Below, piece by piece: positions 9,900 through 19,097 of a DNA stretch of 55,980 bases (the first letter of the stretch is position 1; each line of letters starts with the position of its first letter). A model generated the notes under the pieces. The model saw only the letters and a list, made by a program, of their open reading frames with translations. It ran no database searches and had not been told where the DNA came from. A program made the position numbers and the translations under genes. The DNA is taken from assembly GCA_050250895.1 (NCBI GenBank), contig JBFWNU010000011.1, positions 66,487 through 122,466 on the forward strand, written 5' to 3'. Source of the stretch: Vulcanimicrobiota bacterium (GTDB taxonomy: Bacteria; Vulcanimicrobiota; Xenobia; Xenobiales; JADMJV01).

Positions 9900-10975
9900 C
9901 GACCAGCGCCCGGCCCCAGCCAGGTGGGCGAAATCGCCCAGTCGGGATCGCCAGCCACGGCTGGCCGAGCCCGCGACTTCCACGTGGAAGGGCTGCTCCC
10001 AGCCTCTGCCAGAGCGACCCCCCGGCCCTTGGCCCCAGCCGGAGTGGGCGAAATCGCCCAGCCGGAGTGGGGGATCGCCAGCCATCGCCGGCCGAGCCCG
10101 CGACTTCCACGTGGAAGTTGGCTGCTCCCAGCCTCTGCCGGAACCACCCGCCGGCCCTTGGACCCAGCCGGAGTGGGCGAAATCACCCAGCCGGAGTGGG
10201 GGATCGCCAGCCACGGCCGGCCGATTCGCGACTTCCACGTGGAAGTTGGCTGCTCCCAGCCTCTGCCGGAGCGACCCCCCGGCCCTTGGCCCCAGCCGGA
10301 GTGGGCGAAATCGCCCAGCCGGAGTGGGGGATCGCCAGCCATCGCCAGCCACGGCCGGCCGAGCCGCGACTTTCAGCGGAAGGGCTGCTCCACCGGCCCC
10401 AGCCCGCCGGGCGCAGCCCGGCAACCCAACGGCGATTCGCGACTTCCACGTGGAAGCAGCCTCTGCCGGAGCCACCCGCCGGCCCTTGGCCCCAGCCGGA
10501 GTGGGCGAAATCACCCAGCCGGAGTGGGGGATCGCCAGCCACGGCTGGCCGAGCCCGCGACTTCCACGTGGAAGGGCTGCTCCCAGCCTCTGCCAGAGCG
10601 ACCCGCCGGCCCTTGGCCCCAGCCGGAGTGGGCGAAATCACCCAGCCGGAGTGGGGGATCGCCAGCCATCGCCGGCCGAGCCCGCGACTTCCACGTGGAA
10701 GTTGGCTGCTCCCAGCCTCTGCCGGAACCACCCGCCGGCCCTTGGACCCAGCCGGAGTGGTGGATCGCCAGCCATCGCCAGCCACGGCCGGCCGGGCCGC
10801 GACTTTCAGCGGAAGGGCTGCTCCACCGGCCCCAGCCCGCCGGGCGCAGCCCGGCAACCCAACGGCGATTCGCGACTTCCACGTGGAAGTTGGCTGGTCC
10901 CAGCTGTAGCCCGGCCACCGCCCAGCCCGCGACTTCCACGTGGAAGTTGGCTGCTCCCAGCTTTAGCCGGAGCAG
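9900..10975 (+). repeat. Modular palindromic repeat array downstream of HNH gene 1
   Basis: CTTCCACGTGGAAG at 9977, 10104, 10232, 10443, 10561, 10688, 10876, 10933; variant CTTTCAGCGGAAG at 10370 and 10803; basic unit ~127 bp; second dyad TGGGCGA-AA-TCGCCCA. Confidence 0.95.
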
Positions 10976-11022
10976 AGCGCTGCGCTCCCCTCTCCGAAGC
11001 GAAGCGAAGGCTCCCCGAAAGG

Positions 11023-12051
11023 CTACTCCAGGGTCTTGCGGAGCAGTTCGGCCCGCATGCGGTCGCGCTCGAGGGGGGCTAGTTCGCGCTTGGCCTCGAA
11101 CTGCAGGTTGGCCGGGCGAATGCGGACCAGTAGTTGCTTGAGGGCCGTGCGGGGCAGGTTGGGCAGCAGGCCGAGGTCCAGGCCGAGCCGCACCATGGAA
11201 AGGTGAGCCAGGGCCTCGTTGGACTCCATCATGCGAGCGTTCTTGAGCAGGCCCAGGCAACGCCAGACGCGGTCCTCGAGCTGCAGGCGGTTCTGGTTCA
11301 GCAGCTGCTGGCGGGCGGTCAGTTCGGATTGGACCAGATGCTTGGCGATGCCGTCAACCTTGGCCAGGATGTCGGCCTCGGTGGGACCCAGCGTGATCTG
11401 GTTCGAGATCTGTAGGAGGTTGCCGTCGGGGCGAGTGCCTTCGCCGTAGAGGCCGCGCACGGTCAGGCCCACCTGGCTCACCTGGGCCACGATCTGGTCG
11501 ATGGCGTTGAACCAGGCCAGGGCCGGTAGATGCAGCATCGCCGAGGCGCGCAGGCCGGTGCCGACATTGCTGATGCACGAGGTGAGATAACCGAACTGAG
11601 GGTCAAAAGCAAAGCGCAGATGCCGCTCGAGGCTGCGGTCGAGGGCATCGGCCAGCTTCCAGGTCTCGCGAAACTGCAGCCCGGAGGTCAGCAACTGAAT
11701 GCGAAGGTGGTCTTCTTCGTTGACCATCAGGCTCAGGCGGCCGTCTTCGCTGAGGGCCAGGGCACGAGGATGGGTGCCGTTGCAGAAGCCGGGGCTGACC
11801 AGGTGGCGCTCGCCCAGGAGCGCCAGATGCAGGGGCGAGAGCTTGGACGAATCGTTATAGAAGATGCCTTCTCGCTCGCCGATAGTCGCTCCCACGTCGT
11901 GGACTACGCCTTTGAGCTGCTCTTCGTTGCCCAGGCAAGGGAAGGTGTAGTTGGCTAGATTGCGGGCCAGCCGGATGCGGGTCGAGAAGACCACTTCTCC
12001 CTCGGGCCCCTCGGCCTTGAGCCAGTCGACCTGGTCAAGCGGGAGTATCAC
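11023..12051 (-). CDS. mcsB: Protein-arginine kinase McsB
   Basis: STRIRLARN, ERHLVS, NEEDHLRIQ, LTSCISNVGTGLRAS, RGLYGEG, QISNQITLG; start GTG 12051 (or ATG 12072). Confidence 0.93.
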   Translation of the reverse strand: MILPLDQVDWLKAEGPEGEVVFSTRIRLARNLANYTFPCLGNEEQLKGVVHDVGATIGEREGIFYNDSSKLSPLHLALLGERHLVSPGFCNGTHPRALALSEDGRLSLMVNEEDHLRIQLLTSGLQFRETWKLADALDRSLERHLRFAFDPQFGYLTSCISNVGTGLRASAMLHLPALAWFNAIDQIVAQVSQVGLTVRGLYGEGTRPDGNLLQISNQITLGPTEADILAKVDGIAKHLVQSELTARQQLLNQNRLQLEDRVWRCLGLLKNARMMESNEALAHLSMVRLGLDLGLLPNLPRTALKQLLVRIRPANLQFEAKRELAPLERDRMRAELLRKTLE

Positions 12052-12409
12052 CGAGGTCTCTCCGTAGCGCATGAATCTGGTCCCGGAGGCTGGCTGCCTC
12101 TTCGAATCGCTCGTTGTCGACCGCCACCTTCATCAGGGCTCGCAGCCGGCCCAGCTCTTCGCGCAGGCGGTCGGCAGCCTTGGCCGGGACTTTGCCGCTG
12201 TGGTTAGACGAGCCTTGCATTCTGCGCACCACCAGGCTCAGGGCCTCGCGAAAATGGTCGTAGCAGCGGGCGCAGCCGACCATCGAGCTGCTGCGAAAGG
12301 CCTCGAAGGTCAGGCCACAACCTGGGCAAGCCCGCACCGCCGGGGTGAGGGGCACGTGGGGTATGAGCAGATGGAAGAACTGGTCGTCGGGCAGGCCCGG
12401 ATTGAACAC
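12035..12409 (-). CDS. mcsA: McsA-like activator (short form)
   Basis: CPGCG...GCARCY, HSGKVP, C-terminal UVR motif (ERFEEAASLRDQI); directly upstream of mcsB. Confidence 0.85.
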   Translation of the reverse strand: MFNPGLPDDQFFHLLIPHVPLTPAVRACPGCGLTFEAFRSSSMVGCARCYDHFREALSLVVRRMQGSSNHSGKVPAKAADRLREELGRLRALMKVAVDNERFEEAASLRDQIHALRRDLGDTPA

Positions 12410-12441
12410 CTGATCACCTCCACGGCACGCTGGCCGTCAGG

Positions 12442-12807
12442 TTAATGTTCGATTCGACGGGGCGCTGGCCTTCCGGTTCGCTGGGCAAGCGCCCATTGGC
12501 CCAGATGCCACTTGCGCAGGGCCACCGCCTCGCGAGCCTGGGTCGGCTCGAAAGCCAGCCCAACCTGTCCCTGGAGATGCCACACCGGCCGGGCCGAAAA
12601 GGTGACGTGCTGGCGCGAGTCGAGGCAGAGAGTGACGTGGAGTTCGCGACCGGTGGGGAAAGATTGGTCGGTTTGGAGGCGAAGGCCGCCGGACGAGACA
12701 TCCAGGGCCCGGATGCGGTTGAAGCTCGAGCATCCGGCGCTGCGCACCCAGGCGTTCATGGCCACGGGGATCCGGTCGCAATCTCTTCTATCGGCGGTGT
12801 CTGTCAT
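12442..12807 (-). CDS. PilZ domain protein
   Basis: RRDCDR (RxxxR) and DVSSGG (DxSxxG) motifs, VGLAF; start at 12807 or 12816. Confidence 0.75.
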   Translation of the reverse strand: MTDTADRRDCDRIPVAMNAWVRSAGCSSFNRIRALDVSSGGLRLQTDQSFPTGRELHVTLCLDSRQHVTFSARPVWHLQGQVGLAFEPTQAREAVALRKWHLGQWALAQRTGRPAPRRIEH

Positions 12808-12926
12808 TGTAGCCATCCTACCCCAGCATGTCGGGGGTCGACTGTGATCTGTTTCCCATTTCAAGTTAACGATTTGTAAACTCGGCAAATGGAGGGTTTG
12901 CCCCGCGAGCTTAGGAAACTCCCGGC

Positions 12927-13346
12927 ATGAAATCGTTTCGAGAGTACCTCTGGTTCGAAACTCCCAATCGACGCGACTATGTCAACATCACCGGCCAGGT
13001 GGCCGAGTGTGTTCGCAAGAGCGGTGTCCAGGAAGGCCTGTGCCTGGTCAACGCCATGCACATCACCGCCAGCGTCTACATCAACGACGCTGAATCGGGT
13101 TTGATTCAAGACTACGACGATTGGCTCGAGAAACTGGCTCCCCACGCCCCCACTTCGCATTACCGCCATAACCGGACAGGCGAAGACAACGGCGACGCGC
13201 ATCTCAAGCGCCAGATCATGGGCCGCGAGGTGGTCGTTGCCATCACCGAGGGCAAGCTCGACTTTGGCCCCTGGGAACAGATCTATTACGCCGAATTCGA
13301 CGGGCGGCGGCGCAAGCGGGCGCTGGTGAAAATCATCGGAGAATGA
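12927..13346 (+). CDS. yjbQ: YjbQ/UPF0047 family protein
   Basis: [14 protein letters not shown]...[22 protein letters not shown]. Confidence 0.92.
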   Translation: MKSFREYLWFETPNRRDYVNITGQVAECVRKSGVQEGLCLVNAMHITASVYINDAESGLIQDYDDWLEKLAPHAPTSHYRHNRTGEDNGDAHLKRQIMGREVVVAITEGKLDFGPWEQIYYAEFDGRRRKRALVKIIGE

Positions 13347-14845
13347 CCCGGCCAGAGCCACCCCAGAGGCCCCTTGACGCTTTTGGCGTCGACATTCGTT
13401 CGCTGGCCCTGCTGCGGATCGCTTACGCCTTGCTCATTCTCATCGATCTGGCCACCCGGGCTCGGGACCTGTCCGCTCATTACAGCGATGATGGAGTGCT
13501 GCCGCGCACGGCGATGATCGAACTCAGCGGTAATGTCCACTGGGTCTCGGTGCACATGATGGGGGGCTCGGCGTATTTCGAGGCTTTTCTTTTCCTGCTC
13601 AATGCCTTTTTCGCGCTCGCCCTACTGGTGGGCTGGCGCACGCGCTGGGCGACCTTTTTGTGCTGGTTCTTTCTCATCTCGCTGCACTCACGCAACCCTA
13701 TGGTCCTCAACGGCGGAGATATCTACCTGCGCTGCATCATGTTCTGGGCCAACTTCCTACCGTGGGAGGCCTGCTGGTCGGTGGACAGCGTGCAAAATCC
13801 CGGACTGGAGAAGGTGCCGCTACGCCTGACCACGGCGGCCACCTGCGGCTATCTGGTTCAGGTTGGTCTGGTCTATTGGTTCGCGGCCATCCCCAAGACC
13901 GACCCGACCTGGACAGTCGACTATTCGGCCGCCTACTACGCCTTGATGCTGGACCAGTTCACCAAACCGTTCGGACACCTCATGCTCGAGTTTCCCCGGG
14001 CCTTGAGTGGCCTGACTTTTGCCGTCTGGTGGTTTGAAGCCCTGGGCCCATTCCTGTTGATGGCTCCATTTGGCCGAGGGCCTCTCCGTATGGTCGGTAT
14101 TCTGGGTCTCGCCGGGATGCATCTTGGCTTTCTCCTGTCGATGCGCCTGGGGATGTTCGGTTATATCGGGATGTTCTCGGTCCTGGGTCTTTTGCCGTCG
14201 TGGTTTTGGGAGAAGATTCTGCGCAACAAGGTAAAGCTTGACGTCGAGTGGACCAAGAAACTGGCCGACCGGCTGCCTGCCCCCATCCATCCTCGCCGCG
14301 AAGCGCCGGCTTTGCACTCGGCCGTCGAGGTGGTGCTCGGATTTCTGCTCCTCTATGTGATGGCCTGGAATTTTTCCAACGAGTCGGCTACTCCCCGGAT
14401 CAAGATCCCCCCCCAACGAGAATGGCTGGGGCAGCTCTTACGACTGGACCAACGCTGGAACATGTTCAGCCCCAAGCCGTTGACCGAAGATGGATGGTAT
14501 GTGGTCGAGGCCTACCAGTCCGACGGGGGAGTCTTCGATCTGTTCCGAGAGGGGGACTTGACCTGGGACAAGCCCGCCGATGTCTCCTTGACCTACAAAA
14601 ACCAGCGCTGGCGAAAGTACCTGATGAATCTCTGGGACGCCAACAACCAGAAGCACCGCAACTACTACGCCCAGTATCTTTGCCGTCACTGGAATCGGCA
14701 CCATCACGGCGGCAAACAGGTCCGCGAGTTCAAGCTCTTCTACATGAAGGAAGAGACCTTGCCCAACTACGAGCAGCCAAGGGTCGAGAAAGTCCTGCTC
14801 TGGCATCACTACTGCTTCGACATGCCGTCCGCCCTGAAAAAGTGA
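13343..14845 (+). CDS. HTTM-domain membrane protein
   Basis: [40 protein letters not shown]; many hydrophobic segments. Confidence 0.8.
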   Translation: MTRPEPPQRPLDAFGVDIRSLALLRIAYALLILIDLATRARDLSAHYSDDGVLPRTAMIELSGNVHWVSVHMMGGSAYFEAFLFLLNAFFALALLVGWRTRWATFLCWFFLISLHSRNPMVLNGGDIYLRCIMFWANFLPWEACWSVDSVQNPGLEKVPLRLTTAATCGYLVQVGLVYWFAAIPKTDPTWTVDYSAAYYALMLDQFTKPFGHLMLEFPRALSGLTFAVWWFEALGPFLLMAPFGRGPLRMVGILGLAGMHLGFLLSMRLGMFGYIGMFSVLGLLPSWFWEKILRNKVKLDVEWTKKLADRLPAPIHPRREAPALHSAVEVVLGFLLLYVMAWNFSNESATPRIKIPPQREWLGQLLRLDQRWNMFSPKPLTEDGWYVVEAYQSDGGVFDLFREGDLTWDKPADVSLTYKNQRWRKYLMNLWDANNQKHRNYYAQYLCRHWNRHHHGGKQVREFKLFYMKEETLPNYEQPRVEKVLLWHHYCFDMPSALKK

Positions 14846-14941
14846 ATTGTTAACGTTTAGAACTTTTTGAGGGTTCGCGATTAGCATAGAAGGCGGTCTC
14901 GTTTGACTGTCTAAATTGTTAAAAAAAAGACTGGAGTCGGC

Positions 14942-17413
14942 ATGTCTACAATCAACCCTCGACAACTGAGCCTGGACCTCAATATCGTCCATCGTCCGTC
15001 GCTCAAAGCCAAAGAGCGCGTTCAGGAAGGGCAGGTTGGGTTCTCGGGTGGCGGCGGCTTCTCGGTCGATGAAGAGACCGGCCAGAAGTTTCGTTACGGT
15101 GAAGACGACCGTGGCCGGCAGGTGGTCGAGCTCGAGGGCCAGACCTCGTGGCAGGCCAAGAACGGCATGATGGTGCACGATGATGCCACCTCGACCGAGG
15201 TCCAGCTGCCCATCGGGTTTGCCGTCAAGCATGAAAAAGGCCACAACCCCGCCGTCATGACTGCCGACGGTCAAATGCTGGTGGGCAAAGCACGCTACTC
15301 GAAAGAGGGCGAAAAGACCGTGGTCGGTTACACCTTCAAAGACGGCAACGGCAACCAGATCAATGTCGACTTGCGCGACCTGAGCTTCACGGTCGAAAAC
15401 AAAGCTACCGGCATCAGCCAGAAGTGGGCTCCCGATGGCGAGCAAACCATCAACGTCAATCGCCAGTTCCGCGATCCGGGCACCGGCCAGTATTCCGCCG
15501 AAGAACGGACCATCACCCTCAGCCCCGATGGCCACATCACCGGTGCCGATGGCAATCACGACAACGCCAGCGAGTTCAAGTTGGCCCAGGACAAGATTCG
15601 CTACCGCAACAACGGCGGCAACGACCTGATCTATAAGCTTCCCGTGCCGCTTCAGCAGGCTCCTCAGGGCCCCAACGCCTGGGTAGAAAAGAAGCCGACC
15701 CCCGAGCCCGCGGCCGAACCGGCCGCGCCCGTGACCCCCCAGCAGCGCAACGACCAGCTTGGTATCCTACGCGAAGAGGACCTGGCTCCCCCGCAGCCCA
15801 CCGAGACGGCGGCCCCGCAGGCTGCGCCTCGAACGCCGCCGCAGGCTCCCCCGCAGGCTCCTCCTCAAGCGCCGCCCCAAGCCCCCCCGCAGGCTCCCCC
15901 CCAGGCCCCGCCTCAGCAGCCTCCCTTCCAACAGCCTCAGATTCAAGAACTGACCACGCTGTCCGGCTTGAGCCGCATGTCCGACGGCTACAACACGGCC
16001 GTCAACTTGCCCAACGGCATGAACCTGACCATCCGTCCCGAAGGCGCCTATGCCATCGACTATCGTTCGGCGGTGGCCGGCACCCCCAGCCCGCCTAACG
16101 CCAATCAAGGGCTGCCGGTCCAGACTTCGACTCGCCAGCGGCCGGGCGGGCCTCCCGAGATGGTCTATAATTTCCAGGATCTCAACGGCAACCACTATAC
16201 CGTCTTCTCCGAGAGCGGCGACTTCATCGTCGAGTCGCCCGACCGGCGCGTCGGCCAGGTGGTTCTGCCCAACGGCAACATCCTGACGGCCGTGCGCGGC
16301 AATCAGGGCACCTACTCGGCTCAGACCTATCCCAACGGCCAGACGGTGACCAGCCCCGGGGTCGGCTTCAACCCGATGATGGGCGACCGTCTCTTCCTGC
16401 CTCCGGGCGAGCCCCAGGTGGTGGCCCTGCCCTACCCCATCCCCAGAGACTATCAGATGATCACCTCGACCAATTTCGGCGCTGCTCAACTGCCGGCCTC
16501 GGGCGTGATTCCGCCGGCCTTCGAAGGGGCCCGCCAGAACCCGCTCTTCCCGGGTCGTCCGGTTCCCCAGCAGGGCATGCGCCCAGGCGTCTGGGATCGT
16601 TTCAAGAACTGGATGAGCGACACGTTCGGGGGTGGTCAGCCTACCCCGCCGCCCATGCCCAACCGCAGCTTTGGCCCGCCTCGCCAGGCTAACCCCTACC
16701 AGTCGCCCTACCCTCCCAGCGCCCCGCCGGCCCAGTATCACGTGCCGCCGACCCCGGCTCCTCCGCCGACACCGCCCACCTTCCGCGACCCGGCTCCGCC
16801 GGCTCAAGAGCCTTATCTGGCCACTCCGACCCCGGCCGCTCCGCAGCCCTTCAGGCCGGCGACTCCGCCGCCGCTGCCTACGACCCCGCCGGCCATACCC
16901 ACGATGGCCCCGACCCCTCCCCAGGCCGCGCCCACGCCTCCTCAGGCACCGGTTCAGCCCGCCCCGCAGCCCCCAGCCGATGAACTTTCCACCCCGACTC
17001 CGGCCCCCTTGCCCGACGCCGGGGCCGAGGTCAACGCCGCCGAGGCGCAGCAGCAGATGCCGCCGGAAGTAGCCGCTCTCCAGGCTTCCCTGGTCAGCTT
17101 CTATCAAGCGGTCGACAAAGCCGGCCTGTCCGAGCAAGATCAGGCCGCCATCGGCCAGGAGGTCGGCAAGCGCGTGCAGGCCTTCGCCCAGAACGGGCCG
17201 GCCTTGCCCGAAGCGATGATGTCCGACGTGGTCGAGATCATCAAAGCCCGCACGGTGGCTGACTTCGCTAAAGGCAAGCCCGAGCTGGCCCAGGTCGTCT
17301 CCACCAGCCAGGCCTTCCAAGACGGCTACAAGGCGCTCGTGCCCATGTTGGGCGGAGACCTGGTCGAAGTGGTCGCCCAGGCCGAGGCTAAGGGCGCACC
17401 GGCCGCCGGCTAA
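14942..17413 (+). CDS. Hypothetical Pro/Gln-rich protein with two related beta-rich domains
   Basis: 823-aa ORF with GGAG RBS and host-like codon usage; stop abuts the next start. Confidence 0.8.
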   Translation: MSTINPRQLSLDLNIVHRPSLKAKERVQEGQVGFSGGGGFSVDEETGQKFRYGEDDRGRQVVELEGQTSWQAKNGMMVHDDATSTEVQLPIGFAVKHEKGHNPAVMTADGQMLVGKARYSKEGEKTVVGYTFKDGNGNQINVDLRDLSFTVENKATGISQKWAPDGEQTINVNRQFRDPGTGQYSAEERTITLSPDGHITGADGNHDNASEFKLAQDKIRYRNNGGNDLIYKLPVPLQQAPQGPNAWVEKKPTPEPAAEPAAPVTPQQRNDQLGILREEDLAPPQPTETAAPQAAPRTPPQAPPQAPPQAPPQAPPQAPPQAPPQQPPFQQPQIQELTTLSGLSRMSDGYNTAVNLPNGMNLTIRPEGAYAIDYRSAVAGTPSPPNANQGLPVQTSTRQRPGGPPEMVYNFQDLNGNHYTVFSESGDFIVESPDRRVGQVVLPNGNILTAVRGNQGTYSAQTYPNGQTVTSPGVGFNPMMGDRLFLPPGEPQVVALPYPIPRDYQMITSTNFGAAQLPASGVIPPAFEGARQNPLFPGRPVPQQGMRPGVWDRFKNWMSDTFGGGQPTPPPMPNRSFGPPRQANPYQSPYPPSAPPAQYHVPPTPAPPPTPPTFRDPAPPAQEPYLATPTPAAPQPFRPATPPPLPTTPPAIPTMAPTPPQAAPTPPQAPVQPAPQPPADELSTPTPAPLPDAGAEVNAAEAQQQMPPEVAALQASLVSFYQAVDKAGLSEQDQAAIGQEVGKRVQAFAQNGPALPEAMMSDVVEIIKARTVADFAKGKPELAQVVSTSQAFQDGYKALVPMLGGDLVEVVAQAEAKGAPAAG
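15836..15907 (+). repeat. Coding tandem repeat (PPQA)x6
   Basis: 12-nt period with synonymous variation inside 14942-17413. Confidence 0.8.
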
Positions 17414-18127
17414 ATGGCTCTGCCGCCGGAACAGGGTTTGCACCTGTTCCAGAAGGCCGTCGAAGCCTATCCTGACAGCGTCGAGGCCCGCTTAGCCCGG
17501 GGTCAGGTGCTATTGAGTCTTGGCCGTCTCGACGAGGCCCTGGCCGATCTGGATGTCGTGGCAGAACGGTCGCCTTCGGCTACGGCCCGTCTGGCTCGAG
17601 CCCAGTGCCTGCATTTCCTCGAGCGCTATCCCGAGGCGCTGGAGGAGTTTGGCCGCTGGCTCGAGCTAGAGCGTAGCCCGGCCGGGCTGCTGGCCCGAGC
17701 CGAGACCCACGTGGCGATGGGAAGCTTCGCCCGGGCTCGCGATGACGCGCGGGCGGCCCTCGAACTCGACCCCGAACTGGGTCAGGCCTGGTGCATTCTA
17801 GGCCTGGCTCTTTTTGTCGAGGGGCAGCACGCCCGAGCCATTCCCAACTTCAACCAGGCTCTGCAGTGCGATTCCCAGCTGGCTCAAGCACTCTATCTGC
17901 GCGCCCAATGCTTTCGCAGTGAGGGTGACCTGCGGAGCGCTCTGGAGGATTTCGAGGCCTTCCTCCAGGTCGAGCCCGACAACCCCGCCGCCATCTTCGC
18001 CCGGGCCGAGGTGCTCAAGGGGTTGGGACGGGCTGAAGAAAGCCGGACGGAAATGCAACGCGCCCGCCGACTCTGCGACGACACCAAGTTGGCCGAGGTG
18101 ATCGAAGAGCGCCTGCGGGCGCAATAA
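17414..18127 (+). CDS. Tetratricopeptide repeat protein
   Basis: Repeated ~34-aa helical TPR patterns (EALADLD, ARAALELDPELGQAW, ALYLRA). Confidence 0.85.
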   Translation: MALPPEQGLHLFQKAVEAYPDSVEARLARGQVLLSLGRLDEALADLDVVAERSPSATARLARAQCLHFLERYPEALEEFGRWLELERSPAGLLARAETHVAMGSFARARDDARAALELDPELGQAWCILGLALFVEGQHARAIPNFNQALQCDSQLAQALYLRAQCFRSEGDLRSALEDFEAFLQVEPDNPAAIFARAEVLKGLGRAEESRTEMQRARRLCDDTKLAEVIEERLRAQ

Positions 18128-18128
18128 G

Positions 18129-19067
18129 CTATTGGGGGTTGGCTTTGCTGCCCAGTTCGACGGCCATTTTGCCGCGCTGAGCACCCTTGTAGACGCGCCA
18201 GGCTGATTTGTAGAAGTATTCTCGCAATTCAGGGTCCAGGTTTTCGGCCTGAGGCAGCAGCGCGTCGGCCACCAGCGAGGCGTCGTAATAGAGCGAATGT
18301 TCCTCGAGCAAGCGCAGCAGCAAAAGGCGCGGGGTCGGATCGCTCGAGTCCTTGGCAAGTTCGCTCAGGTCACGCTTGGAGTCTTCGATCATCTTCTGGT
18401 CTTCGGCGCTGAGCACGCGAAAGGGGATTCCGAGTTCGCCCGAGTCGCTCCGGGCCGGGTTGCTGGGAATGGCCACGACCAGATAATCTTTGTCCACGGC
18501 GAGCGGGGGGCCGGCGTAGGCGACCTGGTCACCCTCGACGTTATAGTCGGCCCACAGGGGCTTGGCCCGGTTGTCGGGATCGAAGACCGAGACTTCGTAA
18601 GGTCCCTCGGTCACCTCGTCGAGCTTGATCATGTGAAAGATCGGAGTCTGGCCTTTCCAGCTGAGGCGGACGGTGACATCCTCGAGGCCCTCGTTGAGGG
18701 CGCGGGTGATGCCAGCGGCGGCTTTGCCCTGAGCGCCGACCTGGGGCATCAGACTCACCTGGCTGGCGCTCTCTTTTTTGACCGTAGCCCCTTTGGCTTC
18801 AAGCCCGGCGGCGGTGACACTCACATCGGCCGGGCCGGTCACCTCCTGGCGGCTACCTTTCTTGAGGTAGTCGACCCGGATGTAGGCGCCGGCTGCCAGG
18901 GTCAGCTTGGACCCTGCCGCCAGGGCCTGATAGCGGCGAGCTGGTTTGCCGTCTACCTTGACCTCGCCTTTGGCCTCGCGCAGAAGGGCTACGTTGTCGG
19001 CCCAAACCGGCGCGGCCAGAAAGAGAGCCAGGGAAAAAAACAGGGTTATCTTGCGAGTCATTGTCAC
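18129..19067 (-). CDS. Secreted hypothetical protein, probable extracytoplasmic partner of the CHASE2 cyclase
   Basis: Signal peptide (RKITLFFSLALFLAAPVWA); directly downstream of and co-oriented with the cyclase. Confidence 0.7.
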   Translation of the reverse strand: MTMTRKITLFFSLALFLAAPVWADNVALLREAKGEVKVDGKPARRYQALAAGSKLTLAAGAYIRVDYLKKGSRQEVTGPADVSVTAAGLEAKGATVKKESASQVSLMPQVGAQGKAAAGITRALNEGLEDVTVRLSWKGQTPIFHMIKLDEVTEGPYEVSVFDPDNRAKPLWADYNVEGDQVAYAGPPLAVDKDYLVVAIPSNPARSDSGELGIPFRVLSAEDQKMIEDSKRDLSELAKDSSDPTPRLLLLRLLEEHSLYYDASLVADALLPQAENLDPELREYFYKSAWRVYKGAQRGKMAVELGSKANPQ

Positions 19068-19097
19068 TATGTGCCTCCAGTTCCGTGGCCAGACCGA

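Noticed and set aside
7236-10975. CRISPR array interpretation of the palindromic repeats (also 36685-37560)
   Set aside because: Intervening segments are repeated and related rather than unique, periods vary from 55 to 180 bp, and no cas genes are present.
7236-11022. Classical IS element with terminal inverted repeats and target duplication
   Set aside because: The arrays are in direct orientation, there is no transposase, and I found no convincing duplication by eye.
9632-11260. Long overlapping ORFs within the arrays (also 7180-8367 and 36632-37645)
   Set aside because: Open in most frames because GC-rich repeats lack stops; indels between units do not preserve frame.
15767-17443. 558-aa antisense ORF and similar shadow ORFs (e.g. 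25194-27017, 21966-23087)
   Set aside because: They lie opposite or out of frame to better-supported genes, as is typical of high-GC DNA.
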